Source: Minisyncoccota bacterium
GTDB taxonomy: Bacteria; Patescibacteriota; Minisyncoccia; Phycocordibacterales; UBA9973
DNA: 64,000 nucleotides
Assembly (NCBI GenBank): GCA_041667145.1
Contig: JBAYFP010000004.1
Coordinates: forward strand, 9,100 to 73,099
Direction of reading: 5' to 3'
Shown: positions 1 through 8,351 of the stretch, piece after piece
How positions within the stretch are numbered: position 1 is the stretch's first letter
Layout of the letters: each line of letters opens with the position of its first letter
Made by a program: the position numbers and the translations under genes
Notes under the pieces: model-generated
Told to the model about the DNA's origin: nothing
Databases searched by the model: none
The model's input: the letters and a program-made list of their open reading frames with translations, nothing else

Positions 1-2086
1 GAAAAAATTGAGAGAGCAGATAGTTTTGTCGAAGAATAAAGCGCACAATATCGATATTTTGGTTGATAGTTTTGCAGTACATGAATTTACTAACAATAAA
101 GAGGGGGCCAGAATGAGATTGCCTGAAGCGTTAGAAAGGGCACTTCTAGAATCTGATGGATTGGTGACGATTTCTTTTGATGTTCCAGCTCAGCATGGTG
201 TTTTTTCTCGGGTCCTCGAGGCAAAGCCCCAGACCAGCTCGAAAAAGCATCATGCTGAGCCTGCACTTTTGGAAGAATTTATAATGTCTTCAAAGTTTGC
301 TTGCAAAAATGATGGTTTTTCTTTTCCAGAAATCGAACCACGTCTTTTTTCTTTCAATTCTCCTTATGGAGCTTGCGAAGTTTGTCATGGATTAGGTTCG
401 AAATATTTCATGGGTGATGAACCATGTGACGCTTGTCATGGTGCACGTTTACGACCTGAAGCGTTGAATGTTTTTATATTTTCCAATTCGCCCCTGCCAA
501 GGGGAGAAAAGAAGAGGGGTCTAAATATTTTAGATATTAGCTCACTTTCTATTGCTGAAGCATCAGAATTTTTTAAAACATTAAAACTTTCTGAACAAGA
601 AAAAGAAATATCTCTTCCTGTTGTTCGTGAGATAGAGGCGCGACTTCAATTTATGTTGGATGTCGGGTTAGACTATTTACAACTTTCTCGAAAGGCAAAT
701 ACGCTCTCGGGAGGGGAGGCGCAACGTATTCGTCTAGCCTCTCAACTTGGTTCTAGGCTTGTCGGTGCTCTATATGTGTTGGATGAGCCTACTATTGGTC
801 TTCATCAGCGTGACAATGATCGCTTGATTAAAACCTTAGAAAACCTACGTGATTTGGGTAATACTATCTTAATAGTTGAACATGACGAGGATACTATTTA
901 TGCGTCTGATTATATAGTGGATATAGGTCCAAAGGCTGGAGTACATGGTGGTAATGTTATTGTCTCAGGATGGCTCGAAGAATTATTAACTGCAAAAAAG
1001 AATACAAATAATTCTAGGACACTTGCTTATCTTCGTGAAGAATTAAAAATAGAAATTCCAGAAAAACGTCGTACATCAAAAGGAGTACTACGAATAATTG
1101 GTGGAAAAGTTTTTAATATAAAAAATTTAAATGTTGACATACCTCTTGGGGTGATGACATCCATCACGGGTGTTTCTGGTTCTGGGAAAAGTTCTTTGAT
1201 GTATGAAATTTTATATAAAAATTTGCAAACACGATATGAACGTAAATATCGTACAGCTAAAGTTTTCAATTGTGCTTCATTTTCTGGTACTGAATATTTG
1301 TCACGAGCTATCCTCATTGATCAATCTCCCATAGGAAGAACGCCACGCTCTAACATAGCCACGTATACTGGGACGTTTACTCATATTCGTGATTTATTTG
1401 CAACGACTGAAGAAGCTCGACTTCGTGGATGGAAAGCAAACCGTTTTTCTTTCAATGTGAAAGGCGGACGTTGTGAAGCTTGTGAAGGTAATGGCCAAAT
1501 AGCTGTAGAGATGCATTTTTTACCAACAGTTTATGTCACTTGTGATGTTTGTAATGGTAAACGTTTTGATAAAGAAACACTTACAGTAAAATATAAGAAG
1601 AAAAATATTTATGAAGTGCTTCGTATGACCGTAGAGGAAGGTTTAGTTTTTTTTAAAGATATTCCAGCTATTTCTGACAGGTTGCACACGCTTATGGGGG
1701 TAGGGCTAGGATACTTAGAACTTGGTCAATCTGCGACAACTCTTTCAGGAGGTGAGGCACAACGTGTAAAGATTTCTAGTGAACTCTACCGTCCACATTT
1801 AGAAAAAACTATCTATCTTCTCGACGAGCCTACTGTAGGCTTACATTATGATGATGTAGTAAAGCTTCTCGAAGTATTAAATAAGCTTGTTTCAAAAGGA
1901 AATACTGTAGTTTTGATTGAACATAACCTTGATATTATCAAAAATTGCGATTATGTTATAGATGTCGGTCCTGAGGGAGGGGTAAATGGGGGAAATTTAG
2001 TAGCTAAAGGTACTCCTGAGGAAATAGCTAATAATCCTAAGAGTTATACTGGGAAATATCTTAAAAGAGCCTTACGAACCAAGTAG
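1..2086 (+). CDS. uvrA: Excinuclease ABC subunit A, C-terminal ~690 aa; the 5' end lies upstream of the window
   Basis: Two ABC signature motifs (LSGGEAQRIRLA, LSGGEAQRVKIS). Zinc-finger CxxC pairs (CEVCHGLG, CDACHG, CEACEGNG, CDVCNG). Walker A GVSGSGKSSL. The reading frame is open to base 1. Confidence 0.92.
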   Translation, partial: KKLREQIVLSKNKAHNIDILVDSFAVHEFTNNKEGARMRLPEALERALLESDGLVTISFDVPAQHGVFSRVLEAKPQTSSKKHHAEPALLEEFIMSSKFACKNDGFSFPEIEPRLFSFNSPYGACEVCHGLGSKYFMGDEPCDACHGARLRPEALNVFIFSNSPLPRGEKKRGLNILDISSLSIAEASEFFKTLKLSEQEKEISLPVVREIEARLQFMLDVGLDYLQLSRKANTLSGGEAQRIRLASQLGSRLVGALYVLDEPTIGLHQRDNDRLIKTLENLRDLGNTILIVEHDEDTIYASDYIVDIGPKAGVHGGNVIVSGWLEELLTAKKNTNNSRTLAYLREELKIEIPEKRRTSKGVLRIIGGKVFNIKNLNVDIPLGVMTSITGVSGSGKSSLMYEILYKNLQTRYERKYRTAKVFNCASFSGTEYLSRAILIDQSPIGRTPRSNIATYTGTFTHIRDLFATTEEARLRGWKANRFSFNVKGGRCEACEGNGQIAVEMHFLPTVYVTCDVCNGKRFDKETLTVKYKKKNIYEVLRMTVEEGLVFFKDIPAISDRLHTLMGVGLGYLELGQSATTLSGGEAQRVKISSELYRPHLEKTIYLLDEPTVGLHYDDVVKLLEVLNKLVSKGNTVVLIEHNLDIIKNCDYVIDVGPEGGVNGGNLVAKGTPEEIANNPKSYTGKYLKRALRTK

Positions 2087-2112
2087 GTGATTCTGTTGAA
2101 TCAAATAATTTT

Positions 2113-3507
2113 ATGGATGTTAAATACTTTAAAAAACTTAAAATTCCAGACAAATCTGGTGTTTATATTTTTAAAAAAAAGAATGAGATTTTGTATGTTG
2201 GTAAAGCGACGTCATTGAAAGATAGAGTAAAAAGTTATTTTGGGAAAGACTTAATAGAGTCCAGGGGGCCAATTTTAGTGGATTTGATTTTTAAAGCAGA
2301 TAAAATAGACTGGCAGGAAACTGATAGTGTTTTAGAAGCTCTTATTTTAGAGGCAGTTTTAATAAAAAAGTATCAGCCGAAATACAATACAAAAGAAAAA
2401 TCAGATAAAAGTTTCAATTATGTGTGTATTACTAAACCTGCCCGCAATGCTTTGCATAGCGATGCAGGCGGGGAAAAATTACCTAGAGTAATTATAAAAA
2501 GAGGGAAGGAAATACTTCAGGGACAGAATAATTTTCGAAACTGCGCCCTCGGAGACAAAAGGACAGGGGACCCACATGTTTCTAAAAATCATTCTGTTCC
2601 TTTCGCTAATACATTTGGCCCGTATCCAAATGGTGGCCAGTTGCGGGAAGCACTGAAAATAGTTCGTAGGATTTTTCCATTTTTGGACGAAAAAAGTAAA
2701 AATTATTTGGAATTTTATAGACAAATAAATTTAGTGCCAGATTTAAATGATCAAAAAATGTATTTACAAAATATAAAAAATATAAAATTATTTTTTTCTG
2801 GTAAAAAACAACAGATTTTTAGAAATTTAAGAAAAGAAATGAAAGAATATGCAAAAAAAAGAGAATTTGAAAAAGCTGGCGAAATAAAAAGACAACTTTT
2901 TGCTCTCAAACATATAAATGATGTGGCGTTGATAAAAAATAGTGGAAATTCGATTTTGAAGCAAAATGTTCTCGAGCGAACCCTTGGTAGGAGCGACGGC
3001 GACGGACAGAGGAAATTTTCAACAGAAAATTTTCGTGGTGAATCCGAGAATAGTTTGCGAAGGGATCGAATTGAAGCTTATGATATTGCGCACATGTCTG
3101 GCGAAAACATGGTTGGGGTTATGGTAGTTTTAGAAAACGGAGAAATAGAGAAAAATGAGTATAGGAAGTTTAAAATAAAAACACAAACAGATGCAAATGA
3201 CACAGGAGCTTTAAAAGAGGTGTTAGAAAGACGTTTTGCTCATCCTGAATGGCGATACCCGAAGCTTATAGTAGTAGATGGAGGGATAGCTCAGATTAAT
3301 ACAGCAAAGGCGATTTTGATGAAAATTGGCTTAAAAATAGGGGTTGTTTCTGTATTAAAAGATGAGCATCACAGACCAAAAAAAATCATGGGGAATAAAG
3401 AATTTGTCCAAAAATATGAGAGAGAAATCTTACTTGCGAACAGTGAAGCTCATAGGTTTGCTATCATTTATCATAAAAAAATGCGTTCGAAGAACTTTTT
3501 GAAATAA
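2113..3507 (+). CDS. uvrC: Excinuclease ABC subunit C (GIY-YIG nuclease, UVR domain, RNase-H-like endonuclease domain). At 464 aa it is short; the C-terminal HhH region appears absent.
   Basis: N-terminal GIY-YIG motif (SGVYIFKK...ILYVGKATSLKDRVKSYF). UVR motif (FEKAGEIKRQLFAL). Conserved EAYDIAHMSGE nuclease core. Sits immediately downstream of uvrA. Confidence 0.82.
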   Translation: MDVKYFKKLKIPDKSGVYIFKKKNEILYVGKATSLKDRVKSYFGKDLIESRGPILVDLIFKADKIDWQETDSVLEALILEAVLIKKYQPKYNTKEKSDKSFNYVCITKPARNALHSDAGGEKLPRVIIKRGKEILQGQNNFRNCALGDKRTGDPHVSKNHSVPFANTFGPYPNGGQLREALKIVRRIFPFLDEKSKNYLEFYRQINLVPDLNDQKMYLQNIKNIKLFFSGKKQQIFRNLRKEMKEYAKKREFEKAGEIKRQLFALKHINDVALIKNSGNSILKQNVLERTLGRSDGDGQRKFSTENFRGESENSLRRDRIEAYDIAHMSGENMVGVMVVLENGEIEKNEYRKFKIKTQTDANDTGALKEVLERRFAHPEWRYPKLIVVDGGIAQINTAKAILMKIGLKIGVVSVLKDEHHRPKKIMGNKEFVQKYEREILLANSEAHRFAIIYHKKMRSKNFLK

Positions 3508-3584
3508 TTTAAATAGGAGTATTATATAAGTATGAATTCTGAAACAAAGATACATTCGGCGAGCTCAGTACAAGTCTGTCAAAA

Positions 3585-3622
3585 CCCCAGTACTAGAGCA
3601 AAGCTCAGTATGGGGCAGGCTG
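3585..3622. repeat. Palindromic hairpin repeat, short-loop copy of an 'ATCCCAGTAsTA...TAsTACGGGACAGG' family
   Basis: CCCCAGTACTAGAGC-AAA-GCTCAGTATGGGGCAGG. Near-identical inverted copy at 5347..5386; related copies at 13542, 51329 and 63240. Confidence 0.55.
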
Positions 3623-3631
3623 TAAAAAGAT

Positions 3632-5347
3632 ATGAGTAAAAATACTGAAAGTAAAATATGTCAGAATTGCAAGGTTGAATTTTTGATTGAGCCAGAAGAT
3701 TTTAAATTTTATGAAAAAATGAAGGTTCCTGCGCCGACTTGGTGCCCGGAATGCAGAACGATAAGAAGAATGATGTATAGGAATGAGCGTTCTTTGTACA
3801 AACAAGATTGTGATCTTTGTAAAAAACCTACGATCTCCATGTATAATCCGGATTATAAATATATTGTTTATTGTACAGGTTGTTATACTTCGGATAATTG
3901 GGATCCTATGAATTTTGGAAAGGATTACGATTTTTCTCGTTCTTTTTTTGAACAACTTGGTGAGCTATTTAGAAGTGTCCCTCGAAGAGCATTGTACCAA
4001 GATTTTGCCGTGAATAGTGAATACACAAATCAAGCAGTTTATATGAAAAATTGTTATCTTTGTTTTGGAGGACATCATTATGAGGATAGTAGTTATTGTG
4101 CGAATGATTTCTTTTTGAAAAATTGTTTGGATGTTGATTTTTCACACAAAAGTGAATTTTGTTTTGAATCATTGCATTTAAAGGATTGTTTCAGAGTGAG
4201 ATATGGATATTATTCCGAAAACTGTATGGATTCTTGGTTTATTTATGGTTGCCGTAACTGTTCTAATTGTGTTGGGTGTACGAATTTATTGAACGAAACA
4301 CACTGTATTTTAAATGAGCAGTACACAAAAGAAGAATATGAAAAAAAATTAAAAGAAATGGATCTTTCTAAATCAGAAAATTTAGAAAAAATGGATAAGA
4401 TATTTTGGGAGAATTCGTTAAACTTCCCAAGAAAGTATGCCAATATAAAAAATATTGTAAATTCCACAGGAGATGACTTAGAGCAAGTTAGAAATTGTAA
4501 ACATTCTTTTTCTCTTACAGAAGATGAAAATATAAAATATTCCTTTTTTGTTCCAACTGGGGCAAAAGATTGTTTTGACTTAGACCATGTAGGGCTTGGT
4601 ACGAGTGAGAGTTATGAACTTCATAGTGCATTTGGAGGTAATAGAGTTTCATTTTCTAATCGGGTTTATTATTCACATGACGTAGAATTTTCAGATGATG
4701 TCTATGATAGTGAAAATATTTTTGCTTGTGCAAGCTTGCGGAAAAAATCCCATTGTATTTTTAATAAACAATATTCTAAAGAAGAGTATGAAATATTGAT
4801 AAAAAAAATAAAGGAACACATGGATACAATGCCATATGTTGATAAAAATGGAAGAATGTTTAAGTATGGCGAATTCTTTCCTATAGAGATCATACCTTTT
4901 AGTTATACAGATTCAGTAGTGCATGAATATTTTCCTTTGACAAAAGAAAAAATATTAGAAAAAGGGTATAAGTATACAGAACCTGAAACAAAAAACTATA
5001 AACCAACTATTTTACCCCATCAATTACCTTCAATAGAAAATGCAGATGAAAAAATTTTGCAAGAAATTATTCAATGTGACCATATGAGAAATTGTAATGA
5101 TAGGTGTACTCTGGCTTTTAGAATAATTCAAAATGAGTTAAACATTTGTAAAATGTTAGGAATTCCATTGCCAAAATTGTGTCCGAATTGTCGTCATATG
5201 TCTAGAATGAATCTTTTGAATCCACCGAGATTATATTCTAGGAAATGTATGAAACCTGATTGTACCAATGAATTTGAAACTCCTTATTCTCCTGACAGAC
5301 AAGAAATAGTATACTGTGAAAAATGCTACCAGCAAGAAGTATATTAG
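3632..5347 (+). CDS. Cysteine-rich multi-zinc-ribbon protein, unknown function (paralog A)
   Basis: 571-aa ORF. N-terminal CxxC...CxxC (CQNCK...WCPECR). Internal repeated CxxC modules followed by (Q/E)Y(T/S)KEEY. C-terminal CxxC...CxxC (CPNCR...CEKCYQQE). About 40-45% identical over its full length to ORF 45183..46886. Confidence 0.8.
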   Translation: MSKNTESKICQNCKVEFLIEPEDFKFYEKMKVPAPTWCPECRTIRRMMYRNERSLYKQDCDLCKKPTISMYNPDYKYIVYCTGCYTSDNWDPMNFGKDYDFSRSFFEQLGELFRSVPRRALYQDFAVNSEYTNQAVYMKNCYLCFGGHHYEDSSYCANDFFLKNCLDVDFSHKSEFCFESLHLKDCFRVRYGYYSENCMDSWFIYGCRNCSNCVGCTNLLNETHCILNEQYTKEEYEKKLKEMDLSKSENLEKMDKIFWENSLNFPRKYANIKNIVNSTGDDLEQVRNCKHSFSLTEDENIKYSFFVPTGAKDCFDLDHVGLGTSESYELHSAFGGNRVSFSNRVYYSHDVEFSDDVYDSENIFACASLRKKSHCIFNKQYSKEEYEILIKKIKEHMDTMPYVDKNGRMFKYGEFFPIEIIPFSYTDSVVHEYFPLTKEKILEKGYKYTEPETKNYKPTILPHQLPSIENADEKILQEIIQCDHMRNCNDRCTLAFRIIQNELNICKMLGIPLPKLCPNCRHMSRMNLLNPPRLYSRKCMKPDCTNEFETPYSPDRQEIVYCEKCYQQEVY

Positions 5348-5386
5348 GGGTGCCTGTCCCGTAGTGAGCTTTGCTCTACTACTGGG
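5347..5386. repeat. Palindromic hairpin repeat, inverted copy of the 3585 element
   Basis: Its reverse complement, CCCAGTAGTAGAGCAAAGCTCACTACGGGACAGGCACC, matches 3585..3622 at about 32 of 38 positions. Confidence 0.55.
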
Positions 5387-5412
5387 ATTATCAACGGGAG
5401 GTGTATTAAAAA

Positions 5413-5889
5413 ATGAAAAAACAACAAAATATTTTAATAATTCATGATGTGAGAAGTGTGACAAATGTCGGGGCGATGTTTCGTACTGCTGATGCGGCTG
5501 GCATAAATAAAATTTATTTGACTGGATATACACCTACTCCACTTGATCGCTTTGGGAAAATTCGCAAGGATATGGCAAAGTCTGCCCTTGGAGCAGAAAA
5601 TTTTGTGTCTTGGGAATATAAAAAAAATGCATTGTTATTTGTTGATAAACTAAAGAAAGAGGGGTATTTGATTATTGGTATTGAGCAAAGTAAAAAATCA
5701 ATTGATTATAAAAAAGTGAAAACAAATAATAAAAATGTTTTTATTATGGGTGCTGAAGTGACAGGAATACCCAAAAATATACTCAAGAAATGTGACATAA
5801 TTGCCGAGATTCCAATGTTTGGGAAAAAAGAATCCCTTAATGTTTCAGTTGCCTGTGGAATTGCTCTTTTTGGAATTTTAAGAATATAA
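5413..5889 (+). CDS. SpoU/TrmH-family RNA 2'-O-methyltransferase (SPOUT)
   Basis: 158 aa. TrmH-like motifs (NVGAMFRTADAAG, IMGAEVTGIP, ESLNVSVACGIALF). SD GGGAGGTG lies upstream. Confidence 0.8.
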   Translation: MKKQQNILIIHDVRSVTNVGAMFRTADAAGINKIYLTGYTPTPLDRFGKIRKDMAKSALGAENFVSWEYKKNALLFVDKLKKEGYLIIGIEQSKKSIDYKKVKTNNKNVFIMGAEVTGIPKNILKKCDIIAEIPMFGKKESLNVSVACGIALFGILRI

Positions 5890-5920
5890 AAAATATGAGA
5901 AATAAAATTTTTGCCGGTAC

Positions 5921-5946
5921 GGATTTTTTGAAGCTTAAAAAATCCT
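5921..5946. terminator. Bidirectional stem-loop terminator between convergent genes
   Basis: GGATTTTTTGAAGCTTAAAAAATCC, a perfect 9-bp stem flanked by T and A runs. Confidence 0.5.
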
Positions 5947-6159
5947 GAAATTCTCGCGCCAGTCGCGCTCGAAACCCCTTAAAAACTTTATTTTCTCACA
6001 TTTTTTAGTGAAGCAGAAAAATATAAAATTTAGAAAGCCTTGCGCAGGAGCTTAGAAAATAAAGGAGGTATTCCGACTCTTATTTTCTTGAGCGACGAGC
6101 AGTTCGCTGGCGAAGCTTTGCCAGATAGATTGCTTTATAAATTTTGATATCTTTCTGCT

Positions 6160-7026
6160 TTACTTCTGATGCACGGAACAAAAGTGTGCACTTCGGCCAT
6201 TTATCATTTTTCTTAAAATTATACCTTTGCAACCACTTTTTCTACATCTTTTTCCAGTACGTCTGTAGGCTTGATGGTAAAGTTGGAATTTACCTTTTTT
6301 ACCAAATAGATTTATATAATCCGACATTGAATCACCACCTAATTTAATACTTTTATTTAAAATTTCTTGTATTGCCTTGAATATTTTTTTAAACTCTTCT
6401 TTTTTAATTTTTGCTACTTTTTTTCCTGGGTGTATTCCTACTTTCCAGAGTATTTCATCAGAATAAATATTGCCTATGCCGGCTATTATACTTTGATCCA
6501 TTAAAACTGTCTTTATCTTCCCATTCGGTTTTTTGATTAATCTGGCTTCAAGATCTTTGGCAGTAAAATTCTTATCTAAAGGTTCTGGACCAAGATGAGC
6601 AAGATAACCGATTTTTGTACCTGCCCGGTAGGAAGTGCCCTTTCCTTTGGGGTGGAGTAGCGTTATCTTTCCAAATTTTCGTATATCAGAAAAAGCAAGA
6701 AAATTTCTGTTTGATAAACTGAAAAGAACATGAACGTATTTATCTTTATTGTTGTAGAGCAAATGCCCTGTCATTTTCATATGAATAAGGATAGTTTTGT
6801 CTCCAGACAAGTTTATTAAAATATTTTTTGCTTTTCTTTCTACAGATAGAATTTTTTTGTTTATTACCTCCTTTTTAAATACAGGAAAATACTTCGGATT
6901 TGCAACCGTATCTTGCTGACGTTTGTCTTTAGTTGCTAGATCTGTCCAAACATCTTTTATTGCAAGGTTTATGATTGTTTTTTTTAAGCCCCTAACTGTT
7001 GTTTCTACTTCTGGAAGTTCAGGCAT
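6160..7026 (-). CDS. mutM: Formamidopyrimidine-DNA glycosylase
   Basis: N-terminal MPELPEVE catalytic motif. C-terminal zinc finger (CRKSGCKG...CSVHQ). 288 aa. Confidence 0.9.
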   Translation of the reverse strand: MPELPEVETTVRGLKKTIINLAIKDVWTDLATKDKRQQDTVANPKYFPVFKKEVINKKILSVERKAKNILINLSGDKTILIHMKMTGHLLYNNKDKYVHVLFSLSNRNFLAFSDIRKFGKITLLHPKGKGTSYRAGTKIGYLAHLGPEPLDKNFTAKDLEARLIKKPNGKIKTVLMDQSIIAGIGNIYSDEILWKVGIHPGKKVAKIKKEEFKKIFKAIQEILNKSIKLGGDSMSDYINLFGKKGKFQLYHQAYRRTGKRCRKSGCKGIILRKMINGRSAHFCSVHQK

Positions 7027-7028
7027 AA

Positions 7029-7616
7029 CTATTTATTACTGAGAATTTTCAAAGCCTCACGTATTTTTGTATTCGTATTTGCATCTGGAGAGCATTTTTT
7101 CAAAGCATCTCGTGCTTCGTTTTGAGAATAGCCTAGTGATTTTAATGCTTCGAGTACGTCGAGTTCTCCTTGTAGGGAAGTACCAGTTTTTTCTTCTCCC
7201 ATTTTGTCTCTCAATTCTATGATTATTTTTTCTGCAGTTTTTTTACCAATGCCGGATATTTTTGTGAGATATGCAATGTCTCCTGTACCTATAGCTTTTT
7301 TTAATATTTCTATGGAAGCGATTCCTAAAATACCCAAAGCGCCTTTTGGTCCGATTCCAGAGACATTTATTAGCATTTCGAAAAATTCCAATTCCTGACG
7401 ATCTAAAAAACCATAAAGGTCTAATATATCTTCACGTACATGCGTGTGTATCCAAAATGATGCGTCGGCATCATTTTGTCCCGAGTCTTTGCGAGGGGCA
7501 GAAAGTCTTGATAATGTGTCTAAAGATACATTTATCTTATAGCCAACACCACTAGTTTCAACTATGACAAATTTGTCAGTTTTTAGAATTATTTTACCTT
7601 TTATACTTCCGATCAT
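7029..7616 (-). CDS. ruvA: Holliday junction DNA helicase subunit RuvA
   Basis: MIGSIKGKI...VIVETSGVGYKINVS N-terminal OB domain. HhH GIGPKGALGIL and ISGIGKKTAEKI. 195 aa. Confidence 0.9.
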   Translation of the reverse strand: MIGSIKGKIILKTDKFVIVETSGVGYKINVSLDTLSRLSAPRKDSGQNDADASFWIHTHVREDILDLYGFLDRQELEFFEMLINVSGIGPKGALGILGIASIEILKKAIGTGDIAYLTKISGIGKKTAEKIIIELRDKMGEEKTGTSLQGELDVLEALKSLGYSQNEARDALKKCSPDANTNTKIREALKILSNK

Positions 7617-7644
7617 ATTTCTATTATATCATGGAGATAGGTGT

Positions 7645-7672
7645 TTGCATTTTATAGGGTTTTCTGTTAAAT
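7645..7672 (+). promoter_or_regulatory. Candidate sigma70-type promoter for rpsT (TTGCAT-N16-TTAAAT); the -10 ends 7 nt before the ATG, so the mRNA may be leaderless
   Basis: The hexamers and their spacing were read directly from the sequence. No SD is present. Confidence 0.3.
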
Positions 7673-7679
7673 TACATTT

Positions 7680-7934
7680 ATGCCTATAATAAAATCAGCT
7701 AAAAAAGCAATTCGTGGATCTCTTCGCAAGAAGGCTTTTAATGATCGTCAAAAACGAGCAATGAAAGATGTAATAAAGAAAATCGAGAAAACTGTGAAGA
7801 CAGATAAGGCAGGAGCAGAAAAATTGTTAAGTTCGGCTTTTGCGATTATTGATAAAGGAGCTAAAAAAGGTGTTATTAAGAAAAATAATGCTGCTCGCAA
7901 GAAGTCTCGTTTATCAAGACTAATCACCAAGTAG
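7680..7934 (+). CDS. rpsT: 30S ribosomal protein S20
   Basis: MPIIKSAKKAIRGSLRKKAFNDRQKRAMKD... is the typical S20 N-terminus. 84 aa. Confidence 0.9.
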   Translation: MPIIKSAKKAIRGSLRKKAFNDRQKRAMKDVIKKIEKTVKTDKAGAEKLLSSAFAIIDKGAKKGVIKKNNAARKKSRLSRLITK

Positions 7935-7961
7935 GTGATTTTACTAAATCAAATAAAAAAT

Positions 7962-7990
7962 CAAAAAAGCCCCATAAGGGGCTTTTTTGA
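7962..7990. terminator. Bidirectional rho-independent terminator serving rpsT (+) and cspA (-)
   Basis: AAAAAAGCCCCATAAGGGGCTTTTTTGA, a GC stem flanked by A and T runs. Confidence 0.75.
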
Positions 7991-8007
7991 TTAGATAAAG
8001 TTAAATG

Positions 8008-8205
8008 TTACGCACGTTGTACGTTTGTAGCATTTAATCCCTTTGGGGATTCCTCTGTTTCAAAAGAAACAGCATCGCCTTCATGCAATTCGTCAAAGCT
8101 TACGCCGACGAGAGAATTACTATGAAAGAATAAATCTTTCTGTAGTCCTTCTGCAGTGATGAAACCGAAACCTTTATCAGTGAGTCTTTTTATTGTACCA
8201 GTCAT
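8008..8205 (-). CDS. cspA: Cold-shock protein (CspA family)
   Basis: MTGTIKRLTDKGFGFI (RNP1) and DLFFH (RNP2). 65 aa. Confidence 0.9.
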   Translation of the reverse strand: MTGTIKRLTDKGFGFITAEGLQKDLFFHSNSLVGVSFDELHEGDAVSFETEESPKGLNATNVQRA

Positions 8206-8316
8206 TGATATTTTTATTAGATTGTTAAATTACAAAATAAGTTTGTTTAAGAAATCGACTCCTTTTACTTATTTAAGCTATTAACTCAAATAGGCAAATG
8301 ACTTATTTGCTCTCTA

Positions 8317-8345
8317 AGTATAGTATATTGTAAGCAATTTGTCAA
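8317..8345 (-). promoter_or_regulatory. Near-consensus sigma70 promoter of cspA (TTGACA-N17-TATACT, read on the minus strand) with a ~100-nt 5' UTR
   Basis: The reverse complement of 8340..8345 is TTGACA. The reverse complement of 8317..8322 is TATACT. The spacer is 17 nt. A long leader is typical of csp genes. Confidence 0.5.
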
Positions 8346-8351
8346 TGTTTT

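Noticed and set aside
1027-1317. 96-aa minus-strand ORF inside uvrA
   Set aside because: It is antisense to a well-supported uvrA reading frame and has no motifs; judged spurious.
6144-6347. 67-aa plus-strand ORF overlapping the mutM 3' end
   Set aside because: It overlaps the conserved zinc-finger end of mutM on the opposite strand; low-complexity product.
7685-7690. Perfect TATAAT hexamer immediately after the rpsT ATG
   Set aside because: It falls on codons 2-4 (P-I-I) of a conserved S20 N-terminus, so it is most likely coincidental in AT-rich DNA.
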